From assembly GCA_963835575.1 (NCBI GenBank), contig CAWIGG010000002.1, forward strand, positions 1,472,001 to 1,536,000: a stretch of DNA of 64,000 bases, read 5' to 3'. A program made the translations under genes and the position numbers. Source of the DNA: an uncultured Spirochaetota bacterium. Lineage in GTDB: Bacteria; Spirochaetota; Brevinematia; Brevinematales; JAOACQ01. How positions within the stretch are numbered: the first letter of the stretch is position 1; the number at the start of each line of letters is the position of its first letter. The notes beneath the pieces were generated by a model. It was given only the letters and a program-made list of their open reading frames with translations, was not told the DNA's origin and ran no database searches. This document shows, one piece after another, positions 29,530 to 39,358 of the stretch.

Positions 29530-30180
29530 ATGAATATCAAACTTCTCTCAATCACGGGAAACCCCGAAAAGCATATCGAGTTCTGCTCCCGCGTCTGCTA
29601 TGATTCCTTTGATAAGACAACTGATGAATCTCATGAGATACTTCTTGCAAATCTCTTAAAAAACGGCCATCATTCTCTTTTTGAGCATGCTTCGGCGTCT
29701 TTTTTGATCGATGAGATTTCCCGCTCATGCTCCCATCAGCTTGTCAGGCAGAGACACGCCAGCTTTTCACAGAAATCCCAGCGCTATGTTAAAGATAATA
29801 ATTTCGGCTATACTGTCCCGCCTCTCATAAAAAATAACCCGGAAGCCCTGGAGGTATATGAAGAGGCCGTTCTGCGTATCCAGGAATCCTATAATCTGCT
29901 GATTGACCTCGGCATCAGGAAAGAGGACGCGAGGTTTATTCTTCCAAACGCCAGCCATACAACAGTCGCGGTTACCGCGAATTTCCGTGAATGGCTTCAT
30001 ATCATCGATCTGAGGGTAAGCCTCCAGGCCCAGTGGGAAATCCGTGAACTAACTACCCTGATTTGGAAGGAACTCTTCCAAAGGGCCCCTGTTGTTTTCG
30101 GTATGACCTACTTCCAGTATTGGAGCAAAGATGCCGATTATAAAAGGGAAATTTTCGAAAAAAACATACAAATGGCTTGA
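29530..30180 (+). CDS. thyX: FAD-dependent thymidylate synthase
   Basis: GHHSLFEH, SRSCSHQLVR, SQRY, EDARFILP, AQWEIR. Confidence 0.93.
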   Translation: MNIKLLSITGNPEKHIEFCSRVCYDSFDKTTDESHEILLANLLKNGHHSLFEHASASFLIDEISRSCSHQLVRQRHASFSQKSQRYVKDNNFGYTVPPLIKNNPEALEVYEEAVLRIQESYNLLIDLGIRKEDARFILPNASHTTVAVTANFREWLHIIDLRVSLQAQWEIRELTTLIWKELFQRAPVVFGMTYFQYWSKDADYKREIFEKNIQMA

Positions 30181-30261
30181 CACCATTTTTAAACCTATGG
30201 TAAACTAATAAAACGGTATGAATGAGTGATATCCCGATTAAAAAAGAAAGGATTCTTTTTA

Positions 30262-30603
30262 ATGAAGAAAATAGATTATTATGAAGAAAATGGCATCTGT
30301 ATCATTAAGCCGGCAGGTGAAATGATATTCTTTTTTTTGGAAGATGTCAGCAAGTATGTTAAGGAAAAAATCAAGGCTAATCAATTCCGTTTTATTTTCG
30401 ATCTCAGCACGGTGACCTGGATTGATTCCATCGGGCTGGGCATCATTGCAATGGCTATCAAGTCCTCGCTTCTCAATCAAACAAAAATCTGTGTAATAAA
30501 GCCGAAGGAAAATGTGGCCCGGCTTCTAAAAATGAGCAATCTTCTTGATATTATAAAGGTATTCGATACCATTGAGGAAGCGATGGAGTTTCTATCCCAT
30601 TAG
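30262..30603 (+). CDS. STAS-domain anti-sigma factor antagonist
   Basis: DLSTVTWIDSIGLG motif with Ser phosphosite. Confidence 0.88.
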   Translation: MKKIDYYEENGICIIKPAGEMIFFFLEDVSKYVKEKIKANQFRFIFDLSTVTWIDSIGLGIIAMAIKSSLLNQTKICVIKPKENVARLLKMSNLLDIIKVFDTIEEAMEFLSH

Positions 30604-30643
30604 GTGTTTTCCAAAATTATAATTATTATAAGAAAGGTGCTTA

Positions 30644-31783
30644 ATGAGCCTTAAGAAAAAAATATTAATACCTGTTGTTGAAGCCGGTGCGGGCCATAAA
30701 ATGCCCGCGTTAGCCGTCAAAGATGCCATGGAAAAATTATATCCCGGCCGTTTCCAGATCGATGTCATAGACTTTTTTAAAGAAGCAGGCGCGCTGAATA
30801 ACGATAAGAGCATTAAAGGAATCTGGGATTTTGCTCTGGCTCATCCTTTTGCCGCCAGATTCGGTTACAGCCTGGTTGAATTATTTCATGTCTATCCGGG
30901 CCGATTTATAAATCTTTTTTTGACCGAGATGAAAAAAAAGAGCCGGGCCTATATTCATAAATACCAGCCGGACATCATATTTTCAACTCATTATTTCTGC
31001 ATTCCTCTTTCCAGAATGGCAAGGGATAATCTTAAGCTGCCCATAAAAGTGATCGGCTTTGTGACCGATCCTTTTGACGGCTTTTATTTCTGGGCCGATA
31101 AAAAAGCGGATTTTATTATTGTTTCTTCAGCAAAGGCGAAAGAAATGCTTATTAAGAAAAAAGTCCCGGCTGAAAAAATAAAAGTATTCAGCTTTCCGGT
31201 CAATCAAAAATTTTTCGATATAAAGAGATCAAAAGAAGATTTGATAAAAGAATACTCGATCAATACAGCCTTTAAAACCATCCTCACAACCGCGGGCGGT
31301 CAGGGAATCAGCAATATCGGGAAATATATAAAAAAGATCTTTCAAAAGAAGCTTCCTTTCAACATCATATCGGTCTGCGGCAGAAATGAGACCCTTCAGA
31401 ACGAGCTTATTTCTTTAAAAAAAAGCGGGACTTCGCCGACAAATCTCATCCCTCTGGGTTTTGTCAATAACATGAATGAATTGCTTTCCATCTCAGATAT
31501 GGCTGTCGCGAAGGCCGGCGCATCGACCACATTCGAAGCACTCTTTTTGAATAATCCCATAATATTTACACATTATGCCGCCCCGAATGAAAAGCCCAAT
31601 GTGGATTTCTGCGTTGAAAATCATGTCGGATGGTATACGCCGAAAGAAAAAGAGTTTTTTGAAGTAATTGACAGGATTATTACTACTGATATACTTAATG
31701 AATATAAGAAGAATTTGGAAAAGCTCCATTTAAATTCAGGCAGCGAGGAAATTGCCCGGTTTGTAGTCTCAGAGCTTTCTTAA
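30644..31783 (+). CDS. MGDG synthase / UgtP-like glycolipid glycosyltransferase (GT28)
   Basis: GAGH, PDIIFSTH, VTD, CGRN, GFVNNMNEL, KAGAST, E..N. Confidence 0.88.
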   Translation: MSLKKKILIPVVEAGAGHKMPALAVKDAMEKLYPGRFQIDVIDFFKEAGALNNDKSIKGIWDFALAHPFAARFGYSLVELFHVYPGRFINLFLTEMKKKSRAYIHKYQPDIIFSTHYFCIPLSRMARDNLKLPIKVIGFVTDPFDGFYFWADKKADFIIVSSAKAKEMLIKKKVPAEKIKVFSFPVNQKFFDIKRSKEDLIKEYSINTAFKTILTTAGGQGISNIGKYIKKIFQKKLPFNIISVCGRNETLQNELISLKKSGTSPTNLIPLGFVNNMNELLSISDMAVAKAGASTTFEALFLNNPIIFTHYAAPNEKPNVDFCVENHVGWYTPKEKEFFEVIDRIITTDILNEYKKNLEKLHLNSGSEEIARFVVSELS

Positions 31784-32580
31784 ATCGCTTCTTTTAGTCT
31801 GCTGATGAGGACCGCTTCACCGCTTTTTTTATTGATATCGACGATAATTCCCTGTATTTCAATAATTCCTCTCTCTTCCGGTGAAAACCTGACCGGGAGA
31901 TGCTGAATTACCTTTCTATAGGACTCTTCAATTTTCATCCCGATAACCGAGTCAATGGAACCGCACATACCAATGTCTGTTATGTAAGCCGTTTTTTTCG
32001 GCAGTATTCTTTCATCGGAAGTCTGAATATGCGTGTGCGTGCCCCAGACCGCGCTGACTCTGCCGTCAAAATACCATCCGAAAACCTGCTTCTCGCTCGT
32101 GGCCTCGGCATGGAAATCAATCAGTATAATTGTAACACCCTCTTTCTTAAGCCGCTCTATTTCCGCTTCAATTGTTTGAAAGGGGCAGTCAATGGCATCC
32201 ATAAAAATCCTGCCCATAACATTTATGACAGCGGCTTTAAGTCCATTGTTTTCATAAATGTATGTCCCATGGCCGGGAGTTTTCGGCGGATAATTGATGG
32301 GACGGATAAGATTCGGATAGCGGTCGATAAACTCGAACACTTCCTTCTTCTGCCAGACATGGTTGCCCGTAGTAATAACATCAACTCCCATATCAAATAT
32401 CTGCTTTGCAACCTGGTTTGTAATGCCGAATCCATGCGCCGAATTTTCCCCGTTTATGATGACCATATCCGGCATATATTTTATCTTCAGATTATTGATC
32501 ACTGAAGAAAGAGCGCGCCGGCCTGCATCGCCGACAATATCTCCAAACGCCATAACACGGAATATATTCTCAGATTTCAT
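31780..32580 (-). CDS. ymdB: YmdB-like metallophosphoesterase (TIGR00282 family)
   Basis: GDIVG, NGEN, TGNH, DFHAEATSEK, GTHTH. Confidence 0.93.
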   Translation of the reverse strand: MKSENIFRVMAFGDIVGDAGRRALSSVINNLKIKYMPDMVIINGENSAHGFGITNQVAKQIFDMGVDVITTGNHVWQKKEVFEFIDRYPNLIRPINYPPKTPGHGTYIYENNGLKAAVINVMGRIFMDAIDCPFQTIEAEIERLKKEGVTIILIDFHAEATSEKQVFGWYFDGRVSAVWGTHTHIQTSDERILPKKTAYITDIGMCGSIDSVIGMKIEESYRKVIQHLPVRFSPEERGIIEIQGIIVDINKKSGEAVLISRLKEAI

Positions 32581-32671
32581 ATCATACTCTTCATTAAAAT
32601 TAGGGCAGCTCTAAAAACCAACAAAATATTAGAGAATTAAGAACATCTTATTCTCTAAGTACAATATATTA

Positions 32672-32745
32672 GGCAGTTCCATCCCTCACCAGTTTGATTG
32701 TTACGGAGATTCAGCCTGACAAACTGGTGAGGGATTGGAACCGCC
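32672..32745. repeat. REP-like long hairpin, copy 1
   Basis: 16-bp perfect IR atccctcaccagtttg / caaactggtgagggat, inside ggcagttcc...ggaaccgcc arms. Confidence 0.85.
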
Positions 32746-32850
32746 CTTAATCAGATGAGACAATTAGATTATACTATTCCGGATAAAAACGCAATAAAGA
32801 GAAGAAAAGCAGTTCCATCAACCCGGATTTTGAGATGTGCCCTTAATCAA

Positions 32851-33288
32851 TCACTTTTTTAATTTTTTTATGAGCGTAATATTATTTCCGCGGCCTTCTT
32901 TATATTCATGCTTTAATTTATCCATAAATTTCTTCATAGTATAAATACCAAGGCCGTGGGTCCTGAGTTCTGAAATGTGATCATCAAGGTTTACAAGCGG
33001 AAACCGGCCGGGGTCAAAAGGCTTTCCATGATCCTTAACCGTAATTTGAATTCCCTTTTTTATTTCTTCCACTTCAACTTCTATCTGCTTCAATTCGGGC
33101 GGGATATCCGGGTCCTGATTGTAAGAATAACGGATGATATTTGTACAGAGCTCATCCACAGCCAGCTCTATTTCACCCGTCCCATCATCATTAAAGCCTA
33201 TTTTCCGCGCGTAATCAATGACAAAAGAACGGACCCTTTCAAGATAAGCTGTTTCGCCTGGAATTCTCAGTACTGATTTCCCCAGCAT
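32851..33288 (-). CDS. RsbW-like anti-sigma factor Ser/Thr kinase (HATPase_c)
   Basis: ELAVDELCTN, DHGKPF, GLGIY motifs. Confidence 0.9.
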   Translation of the reverse strand: MLGKSVLRIPGETAYLERVRSFVIDYARKIGFNDDGTGEIELAVDELCTNIIRYSYNQDPDIPPELKQIEVEVEEIKKGIQITVKDHGKPFDPGRFPLVNLDDHISELRTHGLGIYTMKKFMDKLKHEYKEGRGNNITLIKKLKK

Positions 33289-33292
33289 TTTT

Positions 33293-33634
33293 TTATTTTA
33301 GATAAGATTTAGCCTGATCAAGAGAATCGGCGATCTTCAGAACCTTTGTAAAACCCATCGTCTCAAACACTTTTTTAATCTTGTCAGGCATATTGATCAG
33401 TATGATGTTGCCGCCGGCTGTTTTGGCTTCATTAAATGAAGCGATTAGCACGCCCAGCCCGGCAGTCGCTATATAGTCCACCTGCTTCATATCCAGGATC
33501 AGCTTTTTTGACTTTGCCAGAAAACTTTTCATCTGCTTATCAAACTGCGGAGTGGAATGCGCGTCAAGAGAACCGATTATGCCAAGAATACCGATGCTGC
33601 CATCCATTCTTAATGAAAACTGAGCTTCTGCCAT
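33293..33634 (-). CDS. RsbV-like STAS anti-anti-sigma factor
   Basis: GSLDA, LDMKQVDYIATAGLG. Confidence 0.9.
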   Translation of the reverse strand: MAEAQFSLRMDGSIGILGIIGSLDAHSTPQFDKQMKSFLAKSKKLILDMKQVDYIATAGLGVLIASFNEAKTAGGNIILINMPDKIKKVFETMGFTKVLKIADSLDQAKSYLK

Positions 33635-33648
33635 AATAAAACTCCTCT

Positions 33649-34812
33649 TTATATTACAATATCAACTTCTAAAACTAAATTCTGCTCAGGAATACTGCCC
33701 GGGATGTCGCCAAGCTCCTCTGTATAATATGCGCCGTTAATAGTAATAAACGGAAATATGAGAGCAAACCCCGCTGTGGGGTAGCCCTGATATATTCCAC
33801 CTCTTAATTTCATAAAGGCAAGAAATCCGACCTCAAACCCGATTCTTGTTTTGAGAAAGAAATTTTGGCTGAAATCCTGAATATTATCCAGATCAAGATA
33901 AAAAGTCAAATCGGAAATAAAATATTTCGGAAGGACATTCTGGATCCTGTAACTGGACCCGATATCCAGCTGGAACGGAAAATAGGTGGGTGGGTTATTC
34001 CCGGCGGTAGCATCAATGGGTTTTAAATCCGCGGAATATTCCCTCCATGAAAACTGAGTATTAAACCAGTCTCTCAGAACAAGACCAAAAGCCAGGTCCT
34101 CGCTTTTAATCATAAAACCCGCGTCTGAACCGATCGCCTGCCCCCATAAAAAGCCTTTTTTATAATCCATAACGCTGATGCCCTGGTCATAAGCTTCTAA
34201 CAAGCTCATCCTGTGATTTTCATACTTAATTCTATCGATATACTTGACCGTGACTCCTCCATACACCATTGTAAATTTTCCCAGAAAAACAGGTATGGGT
34301 ATTTTGAAGCCGAATCCGGCAAGGCAGCCTATATCGGTATAGCTGCCGAAATCGACATAAGGCAGACCGGGGGCCTGTTTGACCACAATTGATGTTAATA
34401 GATCGTTATAAAAAAGAAAACCTATGCCCTCCCAGATAAACCCAAGCGCAAGCGGCCCGGTAACTCCGATGGTCGCCCTGGAATTAAGAAGGGTTTTCCA
34501 TTGATCGGAAGAAAGCTTGGAAAAATCATTCCCGTTTTTTGATAATGTATCATAAACCGTATAGAGATTATAACAATCCCAGTTGGCTGAAACACCCGCT
34601 CTTAATAATGAAACTTTCAGGTTATCATAAAGCGCAAATGCGGCCGGATTCATAAAAAGCATCCCGAATTTGTCATAGCTCGTTATCCCGGCCCCTCCTA
34701 TTGCCATGATATCAACGGGACGGGTTATTTTCCTTTCTGTTAATAAGCCGAAGGTCAATCCTGTAATAAACAAAAAATAAATCAATAATAAGAAAATGAG
34801 CTTAGCCTTCAT
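33649..34812 (-). CDS. Probable outer-membrane beta-barrel (FadL/TraF-like)
   Basis: Signal peptide; MAIGGAG...FMNPA plug motif; amphipathic strands; LRGGIYQGYPTAG..YYTEELG. Confidence 0.7.
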   Translation of the reverse strand: MKAKLIFLLLIYFLFITGLTFGLLTERKITRPVDIMAIGGAGITSYDKFGMLFMNPAAFALYDNLKVSLLRAGVSANWDCYNLYTVYDTLSKNGNDFSKLSSDQWKTLLNSRATIGVTGPLALGFIWEGIGFLFYNDLLTSIVVKQAPGLPYVDFGSYTDIGCLAGFGFKIPIPVFLGKFTMVYGGVTVKYIDRIKYENHRMSLLEAYDQGISVMDYKKGFLWGQAIGSDAGFMIKSEDLAFGLVLRDWFNTQFSWREYSADLKPIDATAGNNPPTYFPFQLDIGSSYRIQNVLPKYFISDLTFYLDLDNIQDFSQNFFLKTRIGFEVGFLAFMKLRGGIYQGYPTAGFALIFPFITINGAYYTEELGDIPGSIPEQNLVLEVDIVI

Positions 34813-34835
34813 AGGCCCTCCTGGAGCAGAAAAAA

Positions 34836-35936
34836 CTACGGCTTACCGAAGTATTTGGTCATCACAGTGAACATATTCGTAATGCCGATAATGACATTCG
34901 TCATGTCATTGGCATTGGTCACGCCCGAATTGAGCATATCATTGGTAAAACTCATATAATCATTGGTACCGTAACCCGAACCGGCCAGTGAGTTAGTGGC
35001 TGAATCATCATCTTGAATTACCACAAAACAAAGTGGAATATAGAGCGGATTCGCGTTTGTAATTTCAAAATAATTGGTGATATTCATCGGATTCATTTGC
35101 AGATTACTATTTGTTGCCGTCAAATTTGAAATTGATGCGGTCAGATTAGTGAGAGAATCATTCATCATGATAGTTAATTGATTGAGTTCCTTTTTTGCCT
35201 CATCAGAAGTGAGAGTGCTTTCTACATTTTTTAAACTGATATAAGACCTGTTTATATTATTCGTAAAAAAGGAGTATCTCTGATTGATGGATCGGCTTAA
35301 TGGAATTATCATTAAAAGGGAAAACGGATTGGGTTTAGTAACATTTGTTGCCCTGTCAATAGTATTTGTTAAATAAGGATTTATTTCGGGAATGAATTTA
35401 TCGCCTATGAATATCATATCATTCGTATCCGATTCAACATTTCTATTTCCGTCAGTATCAGCGAGATAAAAAACAGAATAAATAGTATTAAAAAAATAAA
35501 AATTGAGATTTACGCTTGAGTCATTATAGGGAATAACACCGTCTGCCTCGCTATTTATAATTGTAAAAAGATTGGTCTGAATATAATCGCTCACATCATA
35601 CAAAATGTTCTTTATTCCATTTATGGTATAAGAAGAAGAAATAATCGATAGTATTAAATTCGTGACTGAAATTTTCATAAAAAGATAGGATGTGCATGAA
35701 CCTTCAATTGCCCTGGAATTTTTCGGGGATAAATCCATTGCTTTAGAATAAGCCTTGAAGGCGTTTGTATAATCAAGATTATTCAGGTAATTATCTCCCA
35801 TTGAAATCAGGGTGTTAACATCCGCTGTGCTGTCTATGTTTGCAGGGTTAAATACGGAAAAAAGATTAAAACCGCAAGAGGCCACTGTAAAAAAAATAAC
35901 AAGGCAATATATTAAAAGGAATATTCTAACTTTCAT
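34836..35936 (-). CDS. Lipoprotein with TPR-like motif, Thr-Asn rich
   Basis: Lipobox VASC; TPR-like MGDNYL..DYTNAFKAYSKAMDLSP; 17 TN dipeptides. Confidence 0.8.
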   Translation of the reverse strand: MKVRIFLLIYCLVIFFTVASCGFNLFSVFNPANIDSTADVNTLISMGDNYLNNLDYTNAFKAYSKAMDLSPKNSRAIEGSCTSYLFMKISVTNLILSIISSSYTINGIKNILYDVSDYIQTNLFTIINSEADGVIPYNDSSVNLNFYFFNTIYSVFYLADTDGNRNVESDTNDMIFIGDKFIPEINPYLTNTIDRATNVTKPNPFSLLMIIPLSRSINQRYSFFTNNINRSYISLKNVESTLTSDEAKKELNQLTIMMNDSLTNLTASISNLTATNSNLQMNPMNITNYFEITNANPLYIPLCFVVIQDDDSATNSLAGSGYGTNDYMSFTNDMLNSGVTNANDMTNVIIGITNMFTVMTKYFGKP

Positions 35937-36277
35937 TAAATACCTCCCCTATTAAGGATGTATTAAACTTCTACCAGCGCTATGATTATTATACCACTAA
36001 AATCGGAAAAAACATTCTGTTTCTGGATTATTCCGCCCTTATTTTTCATTTTCCGTCCAAATAATCAATGATTTTATTCGCGAATGAATTTTTTGTCAAG
36101 GCTGATTTCCTAAATGCGGCAATTTTCACTAAAAAAAATAGTAGGTATTATTTTACTACTATTTAAAAAAAAAGCCCAAAAACTATTGACAGAATTGAAA
36201 AAAAAAGAGATAATTTAAATATTTTAAAAAATTTATTGTGTATTTTTTGCTATCAGGATTTGGTAGAGGGGAAGTGA

Positions 36278-37228
36278 ATGGACTTAAATAATGCTGTAAA
36301 GCGCTATCATGGCAAAAAAATCGGCGTTTTAATGGGAGGCCTTTCTTCCGAAAGAGAAATCTCCCTCCGTTCCGGTGAAAATGTATATAATTCTCTCACC
36401 CGTATGGGTTTAAACCCTGTTAAAATTGACGTTGGACCTACCCTGACCGGCGACCTTATAAAATCTCAAATAGATATCGCTTTTAATGTACTTCATGGAA
36501 AATTCGGAGAAGACGGCGCCATTCAGGGACTTCTTGAAATTATGGGCATACCTTACACCGGTTCCGGCATACTGGGCAGCGCCATAGGAATGGATAAGCT
36601 CATTACTAAAAAGCTCCTGGCCCAAAACGGCATACCGGTGCCCGATTTTATTCCCATCAATACCAATGATCCCTTTCAAACACTGGAATCCATCCAGTCA
36701 AAAATAGGTTTCCCTTTTGTGCTTAAGCCGAATACAGAAGGCTCCAGCATCGGTATCTCTCTTATTAAAGACAATAAAGATTTTGACCGTCTTATTCAAA
36801 AACACATTAAGCAGTATCCGTCTTCCTATGCAGAAAAATACATCCGGGGAAAAGAAATAACGATCGGCGTAGTCGGCAATTCACGCGAAATAAAGATCCT
36901 TCCAATTTTAGGTTTAAAGCCGAAAAACGAGTTTTATGACTTTGAGGCAAAATATACGAAAGACCTGACTGAATTTGAATTACCGGCAAAAATATCGGCA
37001 GAAAAAGAAAATTTAATCAGGCATTACGCTCAGATTGCTTTTAAGGAAATGCGCCTGAGCGGCGTTGCGCGGTTTGATGCCATGCTGGATGAAGATGAAA
37101 ATCCGTATTTTCTGGAGGTCAATACGATACCCGGAATGACCGAAACGAGCGATATACCGGCCATGGCCCATGCCGCCGGTTGTTACGACGAAGTTATGAT
37201 TGGAATCCTGAATAGCTCAATAAAATAG
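36278..37228 (+). CDS. ddl: D-alanine--D-alanine ligase
   Basis: GGLSSEREIS, LHGKFGEDG, EGSSIG, YDFEAKY, EVNTIPGMT. Confidence 0.96.
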   Translation: MDLNNAVKRYHGKKIGVLMGGLSSEREISLRSGENVYNSLTRMGLNPVKIDVGPTLTGDLIKSQIDIAFNVLHGKFGEDGAIQGLLEIMGIPYTGSGILGSAIGMDKLITKKLLAQNGIPVPDFIPINTNDPFQTLESIQSKIGFPFVLKPNTEGSSIGISLIKDNKDFDRLIQKHIKQYPSSYAEKYIRGKEITIGVVGNSREIKILPILGLKPKNEFYDFEAKYTKDLTEFELPAKISAEKENLIRHYAQIAFKEMRLSGVARFDAMLDEDENPYFLEVNTIPGMTETSDIPAMAHAAGCYDEVMIGILNSSIK

Positions 37229-37236
37229 GGAGAAAA

Positions 37237-37947
37237 ATGGGAAAGGCAGTGTCAGCAATTTTTATTTTCGTTTTTTTTGGCGCTTTATTAATTGGACTGC
37301 ATTATAGTATTTATTATCTGCTCGTCAGACAGGGCAAACTTAATTTAAGTTCTATCATTGTCGAAGGCAATCAGCTGCTGCCGTCAAAAAATATTATCGA
37401 AGCTTCGGCGCTGAGCCTGGGAATCGGTATTTTCGACTTTGACCTCAGTACAGCTGCGAATAATGTTAAAAAGAGTTTTCTGATTGAAAACGCTGAAATA
37501 TTCCGTTTTCCGCCGGATAAGGTCCTGATAAAAGTAACGGAAAGAATTCCGACCGCAGTCATTATTGACGGCATGAAAAATTCTTATGTCTGCGATAAAA
37601 ACGGAACAATCCTGGCTAAAGGATTTATGTCCCGTCTTCCCATTCTGCTGCTGGATTATAATATTCCCAAAGAGGATTCAATAAAAGATGATTTTCTATT
37701 AATTTTAATAGCCAATCTTTCAAAATTCGAGCAGAAAAATGAGATCAGACAGATCTATATTAAAAGAAAAGAAGGTATTTATATAACAATGAAGGGCCTG
37801 GATTCAACCCTATTTTATCTGGGGAAAAGTATTCCGGATAAAGAGCTTTTTAATAAAATGCTGAGCATTGCCGCAAAAATAAAGCAGAAAGATATTAAAA
37901 TAAAATACATTGATATGAATAGGGAAAGCGCTATAGGTTATCAATGA
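37237..37947 (+). CDS. ftsQ: Cell division protein FtsQ/DivIB
   Basis: N-terminal TM, POTRA (VEGN..FPPDKVLIKVTER), YID C-terminus; lies between ddl and ftsA. Confidence 0.85.
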   Translation: MGKAVSAIFIFVFFGALLIGLHYSIYYLLVRQGKLNLSSIIVEGNQLLPSKNIIEASALSLGIGIFDFDLSTAANNVKKSFLIENAEIFRFPPDKVLIKVTERIPTAVIIDGMKNSYVCDKNGTILAKGFMSRLPILLLDYNIPKEDSIKDDFLLILIANLSKFEQKNEIRQIYIKRKEGIYITMKGLDSTLFYLGKSIPDKELFNKMLSIAAKIKQKDIKIKYIDMNRESAIGYQ

Positions 37948-37998
37948 TATTGCCCTTTTTTTAGCAATTTAAATGCGCAGTGAAAAAAGGAGGGAAAT

Positions 37999-39234
37999 TT
38001 GGAAGAACGAATTGTTGTGGGATTGGATATCGGTACCACAAAAGTCTGCACTGTAATCGCCAAAATAAATGAATCAAATGAACTGGAAATTATGGGTGTG
38101 GGTTTAGCTCCCTCAAAAGGTCTCCGGAAAGGGGTTGTGATCAATATCGACAGCACAGCGGCTTCAATAGCGGCTTCCGTGGAGAAGGCCGAAATCCAGG
38201 CGGGTTATGAAGTGAAAGGCGTTTATATCGGGATTTCCGGCGGACATGTCGAAGGGATCAACAGCAAGGGTGTTATTGCCATCTCAGATAAAAATAAAGA
38301 AATAACCGAAGCCGATGTCCGGAGGGTCATAGACGCCGCGACAGCTATCGTTATACCTGTTGACCGCGAGGTTGTTCATATTATTCCTCAGGAATTTATC
38401 GTGGATGACCAGGACGGCATCAAAGACCCGGTCGGAATGGCCGGCATCCGTCTTGAGGCCATGGTCAACATTATCACGGCCGCGGCAACATCCGTCAATA
38501 ATATTGTAAAAAGCGTCAACAAGGCCGGGTTTGAAGCCCTCGATATTGTTCTTGAGCCGCTCGCTTCAGCCCAGGCAATCCTGACGGAAGAAGAAAAAGA
38601 GCTGGGCGTTGTGCTCATAGATATCGGCGGCGGAACAACGGATTACGTTATTTTTGAGGAAGGAAGCTCGCGTCAGACGGGCATTCTGTCAATCGGCGGC
38701 AATCATATCACCAATGATGTCGCCTTCGGACTTAAAACTCCTATTATATCCGCCGAGGAAATTAAAAGAAAATACGGCGCTTCCATAGTCGAATATATCG
38801 CGGAAACCGAGGAAATAGAAGTGCCAGGCCTGGGCGGAAGGATGCCGGTTATTGAAAAAAGGCGGAAACTGGTGGAAATAATAGAACCCAGGATTGAGGA
38901 AATCCTTTCGCTTGTTAATAATGAGATCGTTAAAACCGGGAAAAAGGATTATCTGGCAGCGGGCGTCGTTCTGACCGGCGGTGTTGCCCTCACTCCATAT
39001 ATCGTTGAATTATCGGGCGAAATTTTCAACTTCCCTGTAAGGATAGGCAGGCCTCTCGGCATCAAAGGCTTAAAAGATATTGTAGACAGCCCTGTTTATT
39101 CGACCGCCGTCGGCCTGGCGCTTTACGCGCAGGACAATCTGCCGAAACTGGGGCCTACAAATTCCCGCGATGATGAGAAGAATTTTAAATCCATAGTGGA
39201 AAGAATAAGAGAATGGTTTAATGAGTTTTTCTAA
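37999..39234 (+). CDS. ftsA: Cell division protein FtsA
   Basis: GLDIGTTKV, DIGGGTT, VLTGG, C-terminal amphipathic WFNEFF; TTG start after SD. Confidence 0.97.
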   Translation: MEERIVVGLDIGTTKVCTVIAKINESNELEIMGVGLAPSKGLRKGVVINIDSTAASIAASVEKAEIQAGYEVKGVYIGISGGHVEGINSKGVIAISDKNKEITEADVRRVIDAATAIVIPVDREVVHIIPQEFIVDDQDGIKDPVGMAGIRLEAMVNIITAAATSVNNIVKSVNKAGFEALDIVLEPLASAQAILTEEEKELGVVLIDIGGGTTDYVIFEEGSSRQTGILSIGGNHITNDVAFGLKTPIISAEEIKRKYGASIVEYIAETEEIEVPGLGGRMPVIEKRRKLVEIIEPRIEEILSLVNNEIVKTGKKDYLAAGVVLTGGVALTPYIVELSGEIFNFPVRIGRPLGIKGLKDIVDSPVYSTAVGLALYAQDNLPKLGPTNSRDDEKNFKSIVERIREWFNEFF

Positions 39235-39243
39235 GGCATTGAG

Positions 39244-39314
39244 TTTATTCCGTCCCTCACCAGTTTGTTAGCTTCTCCAGTGCAGCCCGACAAACTGGTG
39301 AGGGACGGAATAAA
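39244..39314. repeat. REP-like long hairpin, copy 2 (ftsA-ftsZ spacer)
   Basis: 25-bp perfect IR tttattccgtccctcaccagtttgt / acaaactggtgagggacggaataaa. Confidence 0.9.
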
Positions 39315-39358
39315 TTATTGCCGCATATATTAATATTTCGAATTGGGAGGGAAGGACT

